Shown: in pieces, positions 1 through 12,500 of the stretch
Layout: the number at the start of each line of letters is the position of its first letter
Numbering within the stretch: the stretch's first letter is position 1
NCBI GenBank assembly: GCA_051362555.1
Contig: CM120646.1
Location: 12,400,001-12,464,000 of the forward strand
Source of the DNA: Lingula anatina
Taxonomy: Eukaryota > Animalia > Brachiopoda
Length of the DNA stretch: 64,000 nt
Direction: 5' to 3'
The notes under the pieces: model-generated
Databases searched by the model: none
Told to the model about the DNA's origin: nothing
The model's input: only the letters and a program-made list of their open reading frames with translations
Made by a program: the position numbers and the translations under genes

Positions 1-1107
1 GTATTAGCTGATGATACTTTTCAACATATATCATACTTTAAAAATTTCACTACATTCTTCATTTTCCAGGAAGCTGCCCATACCTGAGTCTGGATAGGCT
101 TTGGTGAGTTCTAATAACCTGTTGATAATTTTGCTTTCCCAGTGTGTGTGTGTGTGAGAGAGAGAGAGAGATAGAGAGAGAGACTATTTCCCTCCCTTTG
201 CTGGGCAGGTTTAAAGTAGTACCAGATGAGGACAATTTTACTATCATGTATGTACTAGTAGGGCACAGAGATTGGAAAATTACACAATCGAAGTTGGTGG
301 GGTTATTTATTTATTTGTACTGGCATTCGCATTCTTGTAGAATTATTACAGTAAATTTTATTTTTTTGTTCCAGGATGGCTTACAAAATATGTCTGAAGT
401 TTTCCAAGGCTGGCAGTTACAGAAAACTCCTGTATAACTTTGTGCCAGGAAAAGGTGCAATAGTTACAGACATTTGCATTTCTGAACACATTACTAATTA
501 AAGTGAAATCAAATTGAAAAGTTAGTTAACAAACCCATCATCCCTTTTTTGATGAAATCAAATTTTTTTACCTTCATTTTTTAATGGGACTGGTAAATGG
601 GAGAAATTTACAGTTGACATGAAATAAAAATGCATAACAGTAAATTTATTTTAATGCTCTTAAATCACTCACCATGTGGGTTTACATTTCCTTCCATGTA
701 AAAAAAAAAAAGACAGGTTCTACAACTTTGCTGCTATGCACATTAAACACATTTGCATAGTAAAAACAGATTCATTTTGTTAACCACTGTTTACAGAGAA
801 TCGCTGCTTATAAGCCAACTTATCAATTTTGTCTGGGCTAAGGGGTAATTTTATCTTAGGTAAGGCAAACAACAGAAAGATCCTATTTTAAATCTCACGT
901 GGAAAAGACATTGAAATAGGGCAAAGGCCTGCAATGTTTTAAATGAGACAAAGTCTGATGACTGTGATAGGGAGAAAAGTTGCAAGTTCCAAATATGTTC
1001 AAAATGTTCCAATCACAACATTAATTTTCGTAACTTCATAGAAGTATATACAGGAATGGTAGTAACAAATTTTTGGGTTAGACGCAACAATGATTTATTC
1101 TGACATA

Positions 1108-1109
<2 letters not shown>

Positions 1110-1154
<45 letters not shown>
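1110..1154. repeat. (TAT)n microsatellite
   Basis: About 15 units; a second (TAT)n tract lies at ~4318-4363. Confidence 0.9.
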
Positions 1155-1156
<2 letters not shown>

Positions 1157-1518
1157 TTGATAACATATTGAGGGAAATTTGTAATTTAAATAAGGGAAAT
1201 TTAGATTTTGCAATAAACGTATGATAATTTGATAATTGTATGTCCTAACTCAGGGAAATAACTTAATTTGCGACAGACTAATATGGCTCTTAATTATTGT
1301 CCAGTTATTTATTCGTAGTATTATTGTTAGAGAATAATAAAGGGAGTTGCTAAAACATACTTGGTTTTATTCAAAACAAATAACATTTCTGAATTACATC
1401 AAATTATATATCTTCCTCCAGTCAGTTTTTACAAAATAAAACGGGTTAAATATTGCATTTCAATACCAAGGTACTGGGACGATTTTGAAGATTTTTTAAA
1501 AGCAAACTCTCTGTCACG

Positions 1519-2966
1519 TTAGATAGGAATGTCAGGTCTGTCAACGCAGCCACATTCGCCGTCACCGCTGTGACAATACAGTTCCTGTCTGTGGCACGTC
1601 TTGTATAACGTCCGCTGCTCATACACCGTGCTGGAATAGAGGAAGAGAAACCTGAATGGTAATTACTTACAAATTCTTCATATGTCGCATACATACATTT
1701 TTTTCTTTCGTGTTTTATGAAATTTAGGGACAAAATCGGGAAAAGTACCGACCAACTACCCTTTCTCTTAAAGAAAATGGAAGTCATTTATTTCACATTA
1801 AAATGTAGCAGGCATTGTTTAGAAATATTTTGCTTTTTATGTATCGGTATACTACCTATTTAACCCAAAGCAAAGTAGACAGAAGTTATGGTCTGAACTC
1901 CGGTTCTAAATTAGCCCTATCTGCTTCATGAGTTCGTAATCGCTAACTTACCGTAATCCCGTCTCCTCACAAATAGTACGGCAGTAGTGGCAGAGACCAG
2001 CGTAAGGGCCATAGTAATAATAATGATTGCTGTAGAAATAGCCACAGAGACCGGTATAACCGTAGTAGTAATAACAAACCAACTTGTATCTCAAGCATAC
2101 CACCTTGTTGAAAGACACGGCTACGGTTTTGTCAATGCAACTGTAGCTGAAAAGGATTTTGATTGAATTAATGAAAAACGATCAACGTTTTCGATTAATG
2201 GCTATTTAGCTGGTACAGTTGTAGTATGGCGCAACCCGTAAAAAGGTTTTTAAATAACTCAGAATGATCGTTCTCTATATTTAAAAAAAAAAAAAAATTT
2301 TTGAACAAGGAGCCTCCCCGCCTCCACACACCGCAGTAAACAGATTTGATCACGGCTCTGATGTTTAATTGCTAGATCCCTGCAAAGACTGCGCGTGTGG
2401 AGGCGGGGAGATCATCAGCTTCTTAGTCGGCTCTTCTTTCCGCCATATCTGATCCTTGGATCAGTAGATCTTCGGGTCTTCTGTTCTGTATGGCCTCTAT
2501 GCCACAGAGTTGCACTCTACCTGACAGTTCTGGTCCTGCAGTCGCTGCATTCCGGACCATTGCAGTAAATGGGAAACACGGCGGGGATGCACGCCAGGCC
2601 TGAAAAGACAAGTGAGTGATTTCGATAAATAGAACGTGACCTGAGGATCTTTCCTTTTGTGACGTCACATTTGATTTAGGTGTTAGGTGATACGAATAAA
2701 TCATTCAACAAAAGTCCGTTATTGGGTACGAAAAAAAAATTTTAAACCGCCTCCTGCACGTGCAGCTTCAATGCATGAAACCTGGTCCCTTTGAGATGCA
2801 GCGTCTGTGAATTCTTTTGTTGCATACTCGGAAATTATATATATATTGAGTATTATAATATAACCCTCTCTGTCCCTCTCTCTTTCTCTGTCGCTCTCAT
2901 ACATGTTAATTTCTCTAGCCCTTCTTTCTTACCTGCAAGAGTACACAATATAAGCCTCAAGTGCAT
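1519..2966 (-). CDS. Secreted Tyr/Cys-rich protein, 146 aa, EMI-domain-like (4 coding exons; not in ORF track)
   Basis: Minus-strand exons 2966-2933, 2599-2521, 2146-1952 and 1651-1519 all have GT/AG ends and matching phases (1,2,2). The 441 nt splice into one ORF: MHLRLILCTLAGLACIPAVFP|IYCNGPECSDCRTRTVSYSCIDKTVAVSFNKVVCLRYKLVCYYYYGYTGLCGYFYSNHYYYYGPYAGLCHYCRTICEETGLRFLFLYSSTVYEQRTLYKTCHRQELYCHSGDGECGCVDRPDIPI*. It has a hydrophobic N-terminal signal-like segment, and AATAAA lies downstream on the - strand (1366-1371). Confidence 0.85.
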
Positions 2967-4314
2967 TGCGTCGCTTTGAACACTGCTGCACTTTAAGACC
3001 ACTAGTATTATATCAAATACACCAAAACGTTAAAGAAAGTATGATGTGTCCGACAATCTGCAGTTTTTAAAGAAATTGCTGTCTTTTATATATAAAAATG
3101 GACCATTAACATAATGACTCGGCAGTTTTTAAACGCGGAAAACATGTCTTAAAGGTTCTCCCCAATTTACATCATAATGCTCTGAAAGGTGCTTCACGTC
3201 AGTGAAAATAGGCATGAAAATGATTAAATCAGAAGACACGGTGCGTAGAGACTGAGCCCCCCCCCCCAACTTTGAAGGTGCCGTTCACACAGGATTATCG
3301 GTCTCGCGCTGGCGCCTGCTCTTTATCGGTTCTACTCCCTTTGGGGCATCTTTATTGATCAGATTCGAATTTTATCGCTTATAGTTATCATATGTTAAGG
3401 ACAAACTATGTCGCTTCTTATTCCAAGTCTTGACATGTTGGACTCTCCCCCCCCCCCCCAATTTTTTCAATTTTTTATTATTACATATATATATATATAA
3501 TGCTTTGTATGGTCACAGTTGAGAGGTCTGTTCCCACTAAAGATGAATTGACTTAAATCAATCTCAGTCTTCTGATTTAGGTTTTTAAAAACCATAGGCA
3601 GACAAACTGAAGGCACGCTACTTTCTTTAATTCCTTCAAAGTCCTCGATTTGAGCATAGAGATAAATAGACTTGCTTTCAAAGGCTTAAAACCGTGATTA
3701 GGCGACCTGTTCAGATAGCACATACACAGAAGGAACCACTTTTTTGTATAAAGTTGTTTTTCTTTACTGATGTGTTACATCTTTCATCTTTTTTTTTTGA
3801 ATAACAAACTGGATATCCTGCAGTGCCCCCGCTTGCAAAAAGCGTTCATTTGCGAAACTAAATTGCTAGAAATGCGTCAGTGCTCAGTCGGTTTGAAATG
3901 AGGAAATGTGATGTAAATGAAAATCTAAGCTTTATGTAGGGTTTTTTTTTTTAGTTTGAAACTAAGCAGTGTCGACCACTCAGAATTTGAAAACTAACAA
4001 GGACACCCAGTTCCCTGTTACTAGAAGCAACGAAAGTGAAATATGTTTGTGATAATTGATATTTAGTATGTAAGGATAAAACGGCATTGACATCGTGCAG
4101 CGTCTGTTTTGACGGCAGAAATTTTAACAAGAAAATTAACACATGCGTGCCAAGTAAAAGATATATGTCTAACCACAGAAGCCTACTTCTATGGTCCAAC
4201 AGAGGGTTTTCATCCTAACTGTTCTTTCTTAAAATTTAATACCTGCCATACGTTCATTGTGTCTCTTTTAATCAATTGGTGGGAATTTGATAAAATTAAT
4301 ACATTTTCACTTTG

Positions 4315-4363
<49 letters not shown>

Positions 4364-5001
4364 CTCCTAGCTACTACTCCACCCACCCACCAAAATGCCA
4401 GGTTTTTTCTCTTGGTCGACTTGTGTTTTGTTCAACTGTATGCAAGCACTTAATAATGTAAAAACATGTTAAATGTTATCGCGCTGGTGTTGTGGTGACG
4501 TTATTGCAAATGTGTCCAAAATGTACAAAGCGCAACTAACACAATCATTTGGACGTATAGTAAATAAAGCATCGTGTACAACGGTATCATTACAACACAG
4601 TTATTTTGCTTATTCCTTAAATTAATATAAATATTGCACGTGAACTGCCTACATACCAGTCCTTGCAGTGTTTCATTTCAATAGACATTTTTTTTACATT
4701 TAAATCGAATTGAATTTGTCAAAATATTATCAGAGTCTTCTGCTCTGCTAATCTTTTGTAGCTGCTACCATTAATGGACTCCGATGGAGATGCGTTTTTA
4801 TAACAGATTTTGCAGGTGAACAGAACGTCTCTCAGCATACATGTATATGTGAAAACTGAACTTAATTACTACCGATCGTACACAATTAGCTAAATGCTTG
4901 ATGAAATTACTTGACAAACTAAAAGATAAAAATACAGGTTTCATTTCCAAAATGGCCTAGAGCTGTGCTCGTCTGACTAGCAGGTATTGTGAATTGACGA
5001 A

Positions 5002-5040
<39 letters not shown>

Positions 5041-6506
5041 GGGGGGGAATCTAGGAACAAAGTCTTCCAAAAGATGGAACTGGCGCTCCCCCCACCTTAT
5101 CTCCTCTCGTATCTGACTCCGAGAGAGGTCGGGGATTTTATTCTCCAAGATCATAAAACTAGTTTGAATTACCCTGAAAGCCATGCAATGAAAATTAAAC
5201 ATTCAGAAAAATAAAGCAAGCACCCCAAGGTGTAAGTATGCCAGTTTACCTTTAAGGCCCTGGTTAAATAGTCATATTTTTTATTCACCACAAATTTAAT
5301 TACCGCTATTAGATGTACTTAGACCTCAGCTGCTTTAAGTTACCAACCACCACCAAGAGACTTGGCTTTCGGGTGACTGGACGGTGAGGGTGGTACTCTA
5401 AAAGGTAGCATCCAGCAGGATTCCCTCTGACAAAAATATCTGGTTTTGGAGTATAAAAACTCTTCACAGAGACATTCGCTACAAAACCCCGCATTACCAT
5501 ATATATTTAACGGAGGAAGAAAGCTACAGCATGAATGGAGGACAAACGTTGCTAGCGTTGTGTGTGGCTACTGTAAGTATCTGCCTGGGACATATAAAGA
5601 TAGAGACAACTTCTATCTTATTTTAGGAATAATGACTCTTAAAGCCGGAAAATTAAAAGCATTTCCGATTTAAAAAATGAAATGAAGTAAGACTCATACC
5701 GATTTGCGCTTCTTCTTTGTAAAAGAATAACTAGAATGAAAAAAATTGTAATTTATTTGAAAATAATTGAGGTACATTAAAGATGAAAATGGAAAGCAAT
5801 ATTTGATTTTGTTAACATATCTGTAAATTACAATTGCCGTTCAAAAGGGCATGTCAATTTTTTATTTGATTACAATAAAGTATTGATTTTTGATGTGAAT
5901 GTGAATAACAAAAGTGAAATATATAAAAAGTAAAAAGATACATGAAATAAGAAGTCGAAAATCCTTGTAATAAGAATTTGGCTATTGTCACATTTTATGG
6001 AGCTTAATTGTTGAAATGTCTGTCATGGTTTTGGATTTACCCACAATACCATGTTGAATCCCCATAAAGGGGGCATTAAGATGTACTTGGCTGTCTGCGC
6101 ATTTAAAATTGGCATTTCTAAGTACGCGCCAAGTTACCACATAAGGTACAGCAATGCAATAAATAAATGCAAATAGACTTTAATAAGCATAACGAACCAT
6201 TTAACACCTTACACGGGACGTTAATAAATGGTACTCGTATTCACAATCCTAATTTCTCTGGCGTTTTAAGTAAATGTTATGTGTAAAGACCGGAGCGATT
6301 TGTTTTTGCCACACCTTATGTAAGTCTATTACCTATTTTAAACACAATCATTAGAATTACTCGCGAGGTAGATTCTATGATTTTGATCGAGTTTTTGATA
6401 CTTATGTCTTGTGACGAATACCAACTTCACCCATCTCATTTATTTAAAACAATTAATCCCATTACCTTACGATGTCATTTTTGTTTGGCAATATTGGCCT
6501 CCGTGC

Positions 6507-9500
6507 ATGCCGTTATTACTATTGTTTTACAAATTAAATTTTAAAGTTTTAATCATAGTGTTGGCTTGTCTCTCTCCGCCTGTAAGTTGTTTGCAAGGAG
6601 CTAAACAAATATAATGTAGAGTAGATTTGACTTCTCAACCGTCCCGAACTTTTTAAAGTTAAAACTTCTAGATTTATGCAAACTGGCTTCTAATTTTTGG
6701 TCGCAAAGTTTAAACACATTTTCAGGGTAAATTCGATTCTGAGACAGTTCAAAGGAGATAGAGATCCTGAATATGTGTGTGGGGGTTTAAAGGGGGGGAG
6801 GCGGCGTGCAGCTAAGCTAAATTTTCAGAATAATACGGGATGAAAAGGATTATAAATCTGGCACCTTTATGCCTATTCCTCGTCGGGTTAATTATGATAC
6901 TTGGAGATATAGGCCGGAGAGTTGGTTTAAAACACATGGGAGGAGAAAGGTCATAAACGGTTCAAAGTAACTGCGGAGGGGGTATCATCTCAGTCATTTT
7001 AATCTCAGTCATTTTATTTTAAAATGGACTGGTGATCTTATGGATGGATGTGTCAATGACTAGAACAAATTATACCTAAAAGCCCAATGTACTGCTGTTA
7101 GGGAAATATGAAAAACATATATTTTACAATGTATAAGGAAATATTTTCTAAAAATAAAAAATAAAACTGAACCTGTTATAAGGTTGCGTTTTTATAAAAG
7201 TTTAAAATGTGTGTTGAGGGCATTTTCCAATTTTTAAAAAAATCTTTGTTGTCTCTCAATTTTTACCATAGTGCATAAAGCATTATTCTTGTCTCTTTAG
7301 GTCCTTTTATCTGGCGTATCTTGTCAAGAGCCCTGCAGGCATCTCCCGGGTAAAATTGTTGCCTGCGACACGGTAAGTCTCGCTCGATTTTTTTGCCGAA
7401 ACTAGGCTTTCTCAGATAATTTCCTTTCTCTTTTTACGTTAATTTTCCTAAATGTTTTACATTATTTAAGCAACAGTGATAGAGAATTTTAACAGTTTGA
7501 GTTTGGGATGAGCACCGCACCAGGGGTACATTACATGTCGCCATTTTGAAATCAGTAATCTTTGAATAAAAATCAAGTAGAATGGTGTCCTAGGCAATCC
7601 ACTGGAATGACAATTTTTTTCTGCATCAGCTTGACACAAAACGATTAGTGGGTAGAAGTCATAGCGCTCCGCCTCTTCATCCATTAGACAGAGTTAAGGT
7701 CTGCATACGATAATAAAAATAAATAATAAAATGCCCTGCTGAAACTAATATCAGTTATAGGATTTACAGCTCACTTCTTGTACTGCAACTTAAAATGAAG
7801 GATTTAAGTGTTTAATTATCCAAAAATTGCCTATAATTTCTTAAAAATGTAATGTGTTAATGTCTCAACGACCAATTACACGGCATGCAGTCGTTTCAAC
7901 ATTTACCGTGTCCAATGTTTTATTGCCGGTGCAACTTGGGACTTGCATGTCTAATGTACGAGTAAGTGAAAATAACCAATGCATTTAGCCGATGGTTTCG
8001 ATAATTTAAGAAAAAGGGCCCCACAAATATACCTGCATATACCAATTTGAGGTTTGCAGCAAAGAGATTTAAGGCAATTTATAGATGCGGTAATATATAA
8101 CCGACTGCCGCAGGTACGGTCGGACCTTAAAAGCCTTCAACTGGGGGACACTGAATTGAGGGTTTGAAAAAACGAAACACTTAATGGTTGCAAATGCTCC
8201 GTTAGGTCAGGCTTTTGAATATCTTCCACAAAGTGAACACCTTTCGTCACCCTGGCTACCAGTGTGTTTTTAAGTACATTCTGTGACTCTCGTGTACAAA
8301 GTGATAAAATTTGCTGCTGCCACTCTGAGTCTCGGTTGGGGAATCAGTACGCGGACACTCCCCGATCCATAGAATTTGTTACATGTAAAACAGCCAGGAG
8401 AGCCTTTTTTCACCTAATACCTATAAAAAACAATTTTCAAAATAATCTTCATATATTTTTGTCTGCTTGCATGGTCCTGAGTCCCTTCACAAAACAAGTT
8501 TTGCCTCCAACTTGACCTGACCAACGAAGATAGGACAAGCGCCAAAACAAGAATAATTTTGGTTCTTTTGTTACTTATCACTAGTTGCTTAAAGACGTAT
8601 GCATACCTTTTCATTTTCACCAGTTATAATGTATATTTTTAAAGGGCTATCTCTTTTCTCAAACAGATAACTACATGTCCGGGTGGGACGCACTGTGAGC
8701 CCTTTAACTTAACGGTTGCCGGAGAGTGTGACGGGTTCCCCGCGGGTTGTGTATGTGTGACACCAGTAATAGAACCGCCCAGGTGCGTGCCAAACATTGA
8801 TCCAAGTGTCTGTGACGTGGAACCACCAAGTCCGCCAGTACGGTGCAACACTGTGAGTAAGAATAGTGCCTTGAGCGTTAATTATACTTACATATATTAG
8901 CTTTAATAATTTACCGTTGCAATATGCTCTTAACCTCTAGCATGGTAAAACACACATAATGACATCACAAAACTACTAGCATATGTACAAGAAGGGGTCG
9001 AAAGGGTGATCTTTTCTCCATTTTCTACAGCTTCCTCGCTGGGGTGGTCAGGGAAGAAATTCCAGTTTCTTGAAATATTGGATCCATTCATAAGATCCAT
9101 CAGTGATATCTTTTCTGAAAAGTCTAGGAAGTCTCACCCAGCTTAGACATGACTCCACGTAAAATAAGTGCACCATGTACATTCACAATGGTTTTCTTTC
9201 GAAGGTTCTGAACTGCTCCACGGGGTTCCACTGTGAGCCAGAAATGTATCAAGAGGCGGGAAGTTGTAATTGGAACCCTGGCTGTGTCTGTCCTTTGACA
9301 GGAATCCCTCCACCAATGTGTGTGCCTGATGGTGATACCCCTGTATGTAACGTGGGCCCTCCTAGTCCTCCCATACAATGTGAATGGGTACGTCCTCTCT
9401 TACCGTTTCTACAGTTTTATCTCTATAATTGAATATATAGTTTAGCAAAATGATATTTGACACGCCTTTCATAAAAATTATTTTTTCATAGTGGTGTACA

Positions 9501-12500
9501 ACGATGTTTTTCTTTGGCATTTGAAGACTTTGCTACCATTTTACATAGAACCAGTGAGATTAAAGCAATAACTTCCTATGTTACATTCAGCAATTTAAAA
9601 TATGTTTACTTTTCTGTTGCTGCAGGTCGTAAACTGTTCGGCAGGATATCATTGTGAACCAAAGACATTTACAGAACCAGGAGATTGTGAAAAGACAGAA
9701 GGATGTCTGTGTCCCCTGGCTGGAATACCTCCACCTATATGTGTGCCTGATGACCCAGTGCCATGTAAAATGCTGCCAGTACCTCCAGTTCTCTGCGAAA
9801 CGGTAACATGTTCCTATGTCAATACATATACCAATATATTATCTTGTTAATCAAATTCACGTCCACCGGTAAGCATATGTTGATCACCCACAGTTGTATA
9901 AAAACAATAATGAGAAACAACCTTAATTAAAGTAAAAATTAAAAAAAGGATTGAAAAATTACAATTAACATGAATTCATAAATGAAAATAAAACGGTAAA
10001 ATTGAAGTCAATAAATGAACAAAACCACGCTCTCTGTTGTAAATATACTTTTGTTTTCCTGAATAGCTTGTACAGTGTGACGAGGGCTTTCACTGTGAAC
10101 CGGCGAACGTTTCCCAGGCAGACCAATGTGCCCAAGTTCCTGGGTGTGTATGTCCAGCTATACATCCTCCGTTCATGCCAAAATGTGTGCCCAATGTTTT
10201 GGAGACGTCTCCAATGGTGTGTGACGTAGAGGCGCCACCTCCACCGGTACCTTGTAACACGGTAAGTTTTTTTTATCACACTGTGGTGTCGAACTTTTTT
10301 CAATGCTGATTGAAATGGCACAAAACAGTCTGTTAACAAAGACATTAGGAAAACAGATTTTATATATGCTGATATCAACATGTTCTTAGAGTAAAATTTT
10401 TACTGACTGATAGACAAGTAGGATTTTAATTACTTATTATAGTACTAGAAATAAACGGTATTAAGGGTTGTCTTGACAATCAAGAACCCCCCCCCCCAAA
10501 AAAAAAATAAAAATAATAATAATAAACAGTAATAGGACCTTAAATAGATGGTGTCATATTAGATTTGCATTTATGTTCTTTACTTCTAGCTCTTAAACTG
10601 CTCCACGGGGTTCCACTGTGAGCCGACAATGTATCAAGAGGCGGGAAGATGTAATTGGAACCCTGACTGTTTATGTCCTTTGACAGGAATCCCTCCACCA
10701 ATGTGTGTGCCTGATGGTGATACCCCTGTATGTAACGTGGGCCCTCCTAGTCCTCCCATACAATGTGAATGGGTACGTCGTCTCTTACCGTTTCTACAGT
10801 TTTTGTCTCTAGTTGGTTATAAAGTTTAGCGACACGATATTGGACACATCTTGCAGAAAATTGTAGTCTCTAAAAGTGCAGTATACGTCGATGTTTCTCT
10901 TTAGCGTTTCAAAACTTTGCTATTATTTTTCATAGAACTATTGAAATACAAGCATTAACTTCTTACGTTACATTGTTAAATGTGCAAGTAAAAAAAAATG
11001 TTCACTTTTCTGTTGCTTCAGGTCGTAAACTGTTCGGCAGGATATCACTGTGAACCGAACACTTTTGTAGAACCAGGAGATTGTGAAAAGACAGAAGGAT
11101 GTGTGTGTCCCCTGGCTGGAATACCTCCACCTATATGTGTGCCTGATGACCCAGTGCCATGTGAAATGCTGCCAGTGCCTCCAGTTCTGTGCGAAACGGT
11201 AACATGTTCCTATACGGAAAAGATATACACATATATTATCCGGTTTATCAAATTCACGTCCACCGATAAGCATCTGTTGACCACCCACAGTTTTATAAAA
11301 ATAATAATGAGAAACAACCTTAAATAAAGTAAAAATTGAAAAAAAGGATTGAAAAATTACAATTAACATGAATTCATAAATGAAAAGAAAACGGTAAAAT
11401 TGAAGTCAATAAATGAATAGAACCACTTTCTCGGTTGTGAATATACTTTTGTTTTCCTGAATAGCTTGTACAGTGTGACGAGGGCTTTCACTGTGAACCG
11501 GCGAACGTTTCCCAGCCAGACCAATGTGCCCAAGCTCCTGGGTGTGTATGTCCAGCTATACATCCTCCGTTCATGCCAAAATGTGTGCCCAATGTTATGG
11601 AGACGTCTCCGATGGTGTGTGACGTAGAGGCGCCACCTCCACCGGTACCTTGTAATACGGTAGGTTTACTTTTCACATTGGGGTGTCAAACTTCAATGCT
11701 GATTGAACTGGCAATATACAGTCCTTTATTGTATGCAAAACAATTTCTGTATTCTTTGAAACCAATTTGCTCCACGTATAAAATTCTATTTAACTCAGGT
11801 ACTAGTAGGAATATAAGTACTTATTAAAGAATAGAAAGAAACGTGTTAAGGGTGGTTCTGACAACCACAAAAATTTTTTAAACTGTAATATGACCACTGA
11901 TAGATGGTATAATGTTGATTTACAGCTATATTATGTCCTTTTAGCTCCTAAACTGTTCCGATGGCTTGCACTGTGAGCCAGAAATGTATCAAGAGGCGGG
12001 AAGATGTAATTGGAACCCTGGCTGTGTCTGTCCTTTGACAGGTGTTCCTCCACCAATGTGTGTGCCGGATGGTGATACCCCTGTCTGTAATGTGGGTCCT
12101 CCTAGTCCTCCAATACAGTGCGAATGGGTACGTCCTCTCCTACTGTTTCTACAGATTTTGTCTCCAATCGATTATATAGTTTAGCAATACGATATTTAAC
12201 GCATCTGCGGGAAATTGTAGTCTCTCGAAGTGGTGTACAACGATGTTTCTCTGGCGTTTCAAGACTTTGCTATCATTTTATGTAGAACCAGTAAGATTAG
12301 GGCAAAGACTTCTTATGTTACATTCAGCAACTAAAAAAATGTTCACTGCTGTGTTGCTGCAGGTCGTAAACTGTTCGGCAGGATATCATTGTGAACCGAA
12401 GACTTTTGTAGAACCAGGAGATTGTGAAAAGACAGAAGGATGTTTGTGTCCCCTGGCTGGAATACCTCCACCTATATGTGTGCCTGATGACCCAGTACCA

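Noticed and set aside
70-500. Possible + strand exons (70-103 and from 375) with good splice signals
   Set aside because: The spliced translation gives no recognisable protein and the upstream part lies outside the window. It may be the 3' end of a neighbouring gene but cannot be supported.
4762-4815. Candidate first coding exon for the repeat-protein gene
   Set aside because: The frame compatible with exon 7301 contains TAA. It could be a 5' UTR exon, but 6507-6581 gives a better in-frame signal-like start.
4957-5202. Poly-Pro ORF and poly-G tract (5001-5047)
   Set aside because: Translation of a G homopolymer whose length is unreliable; no coding evidence.
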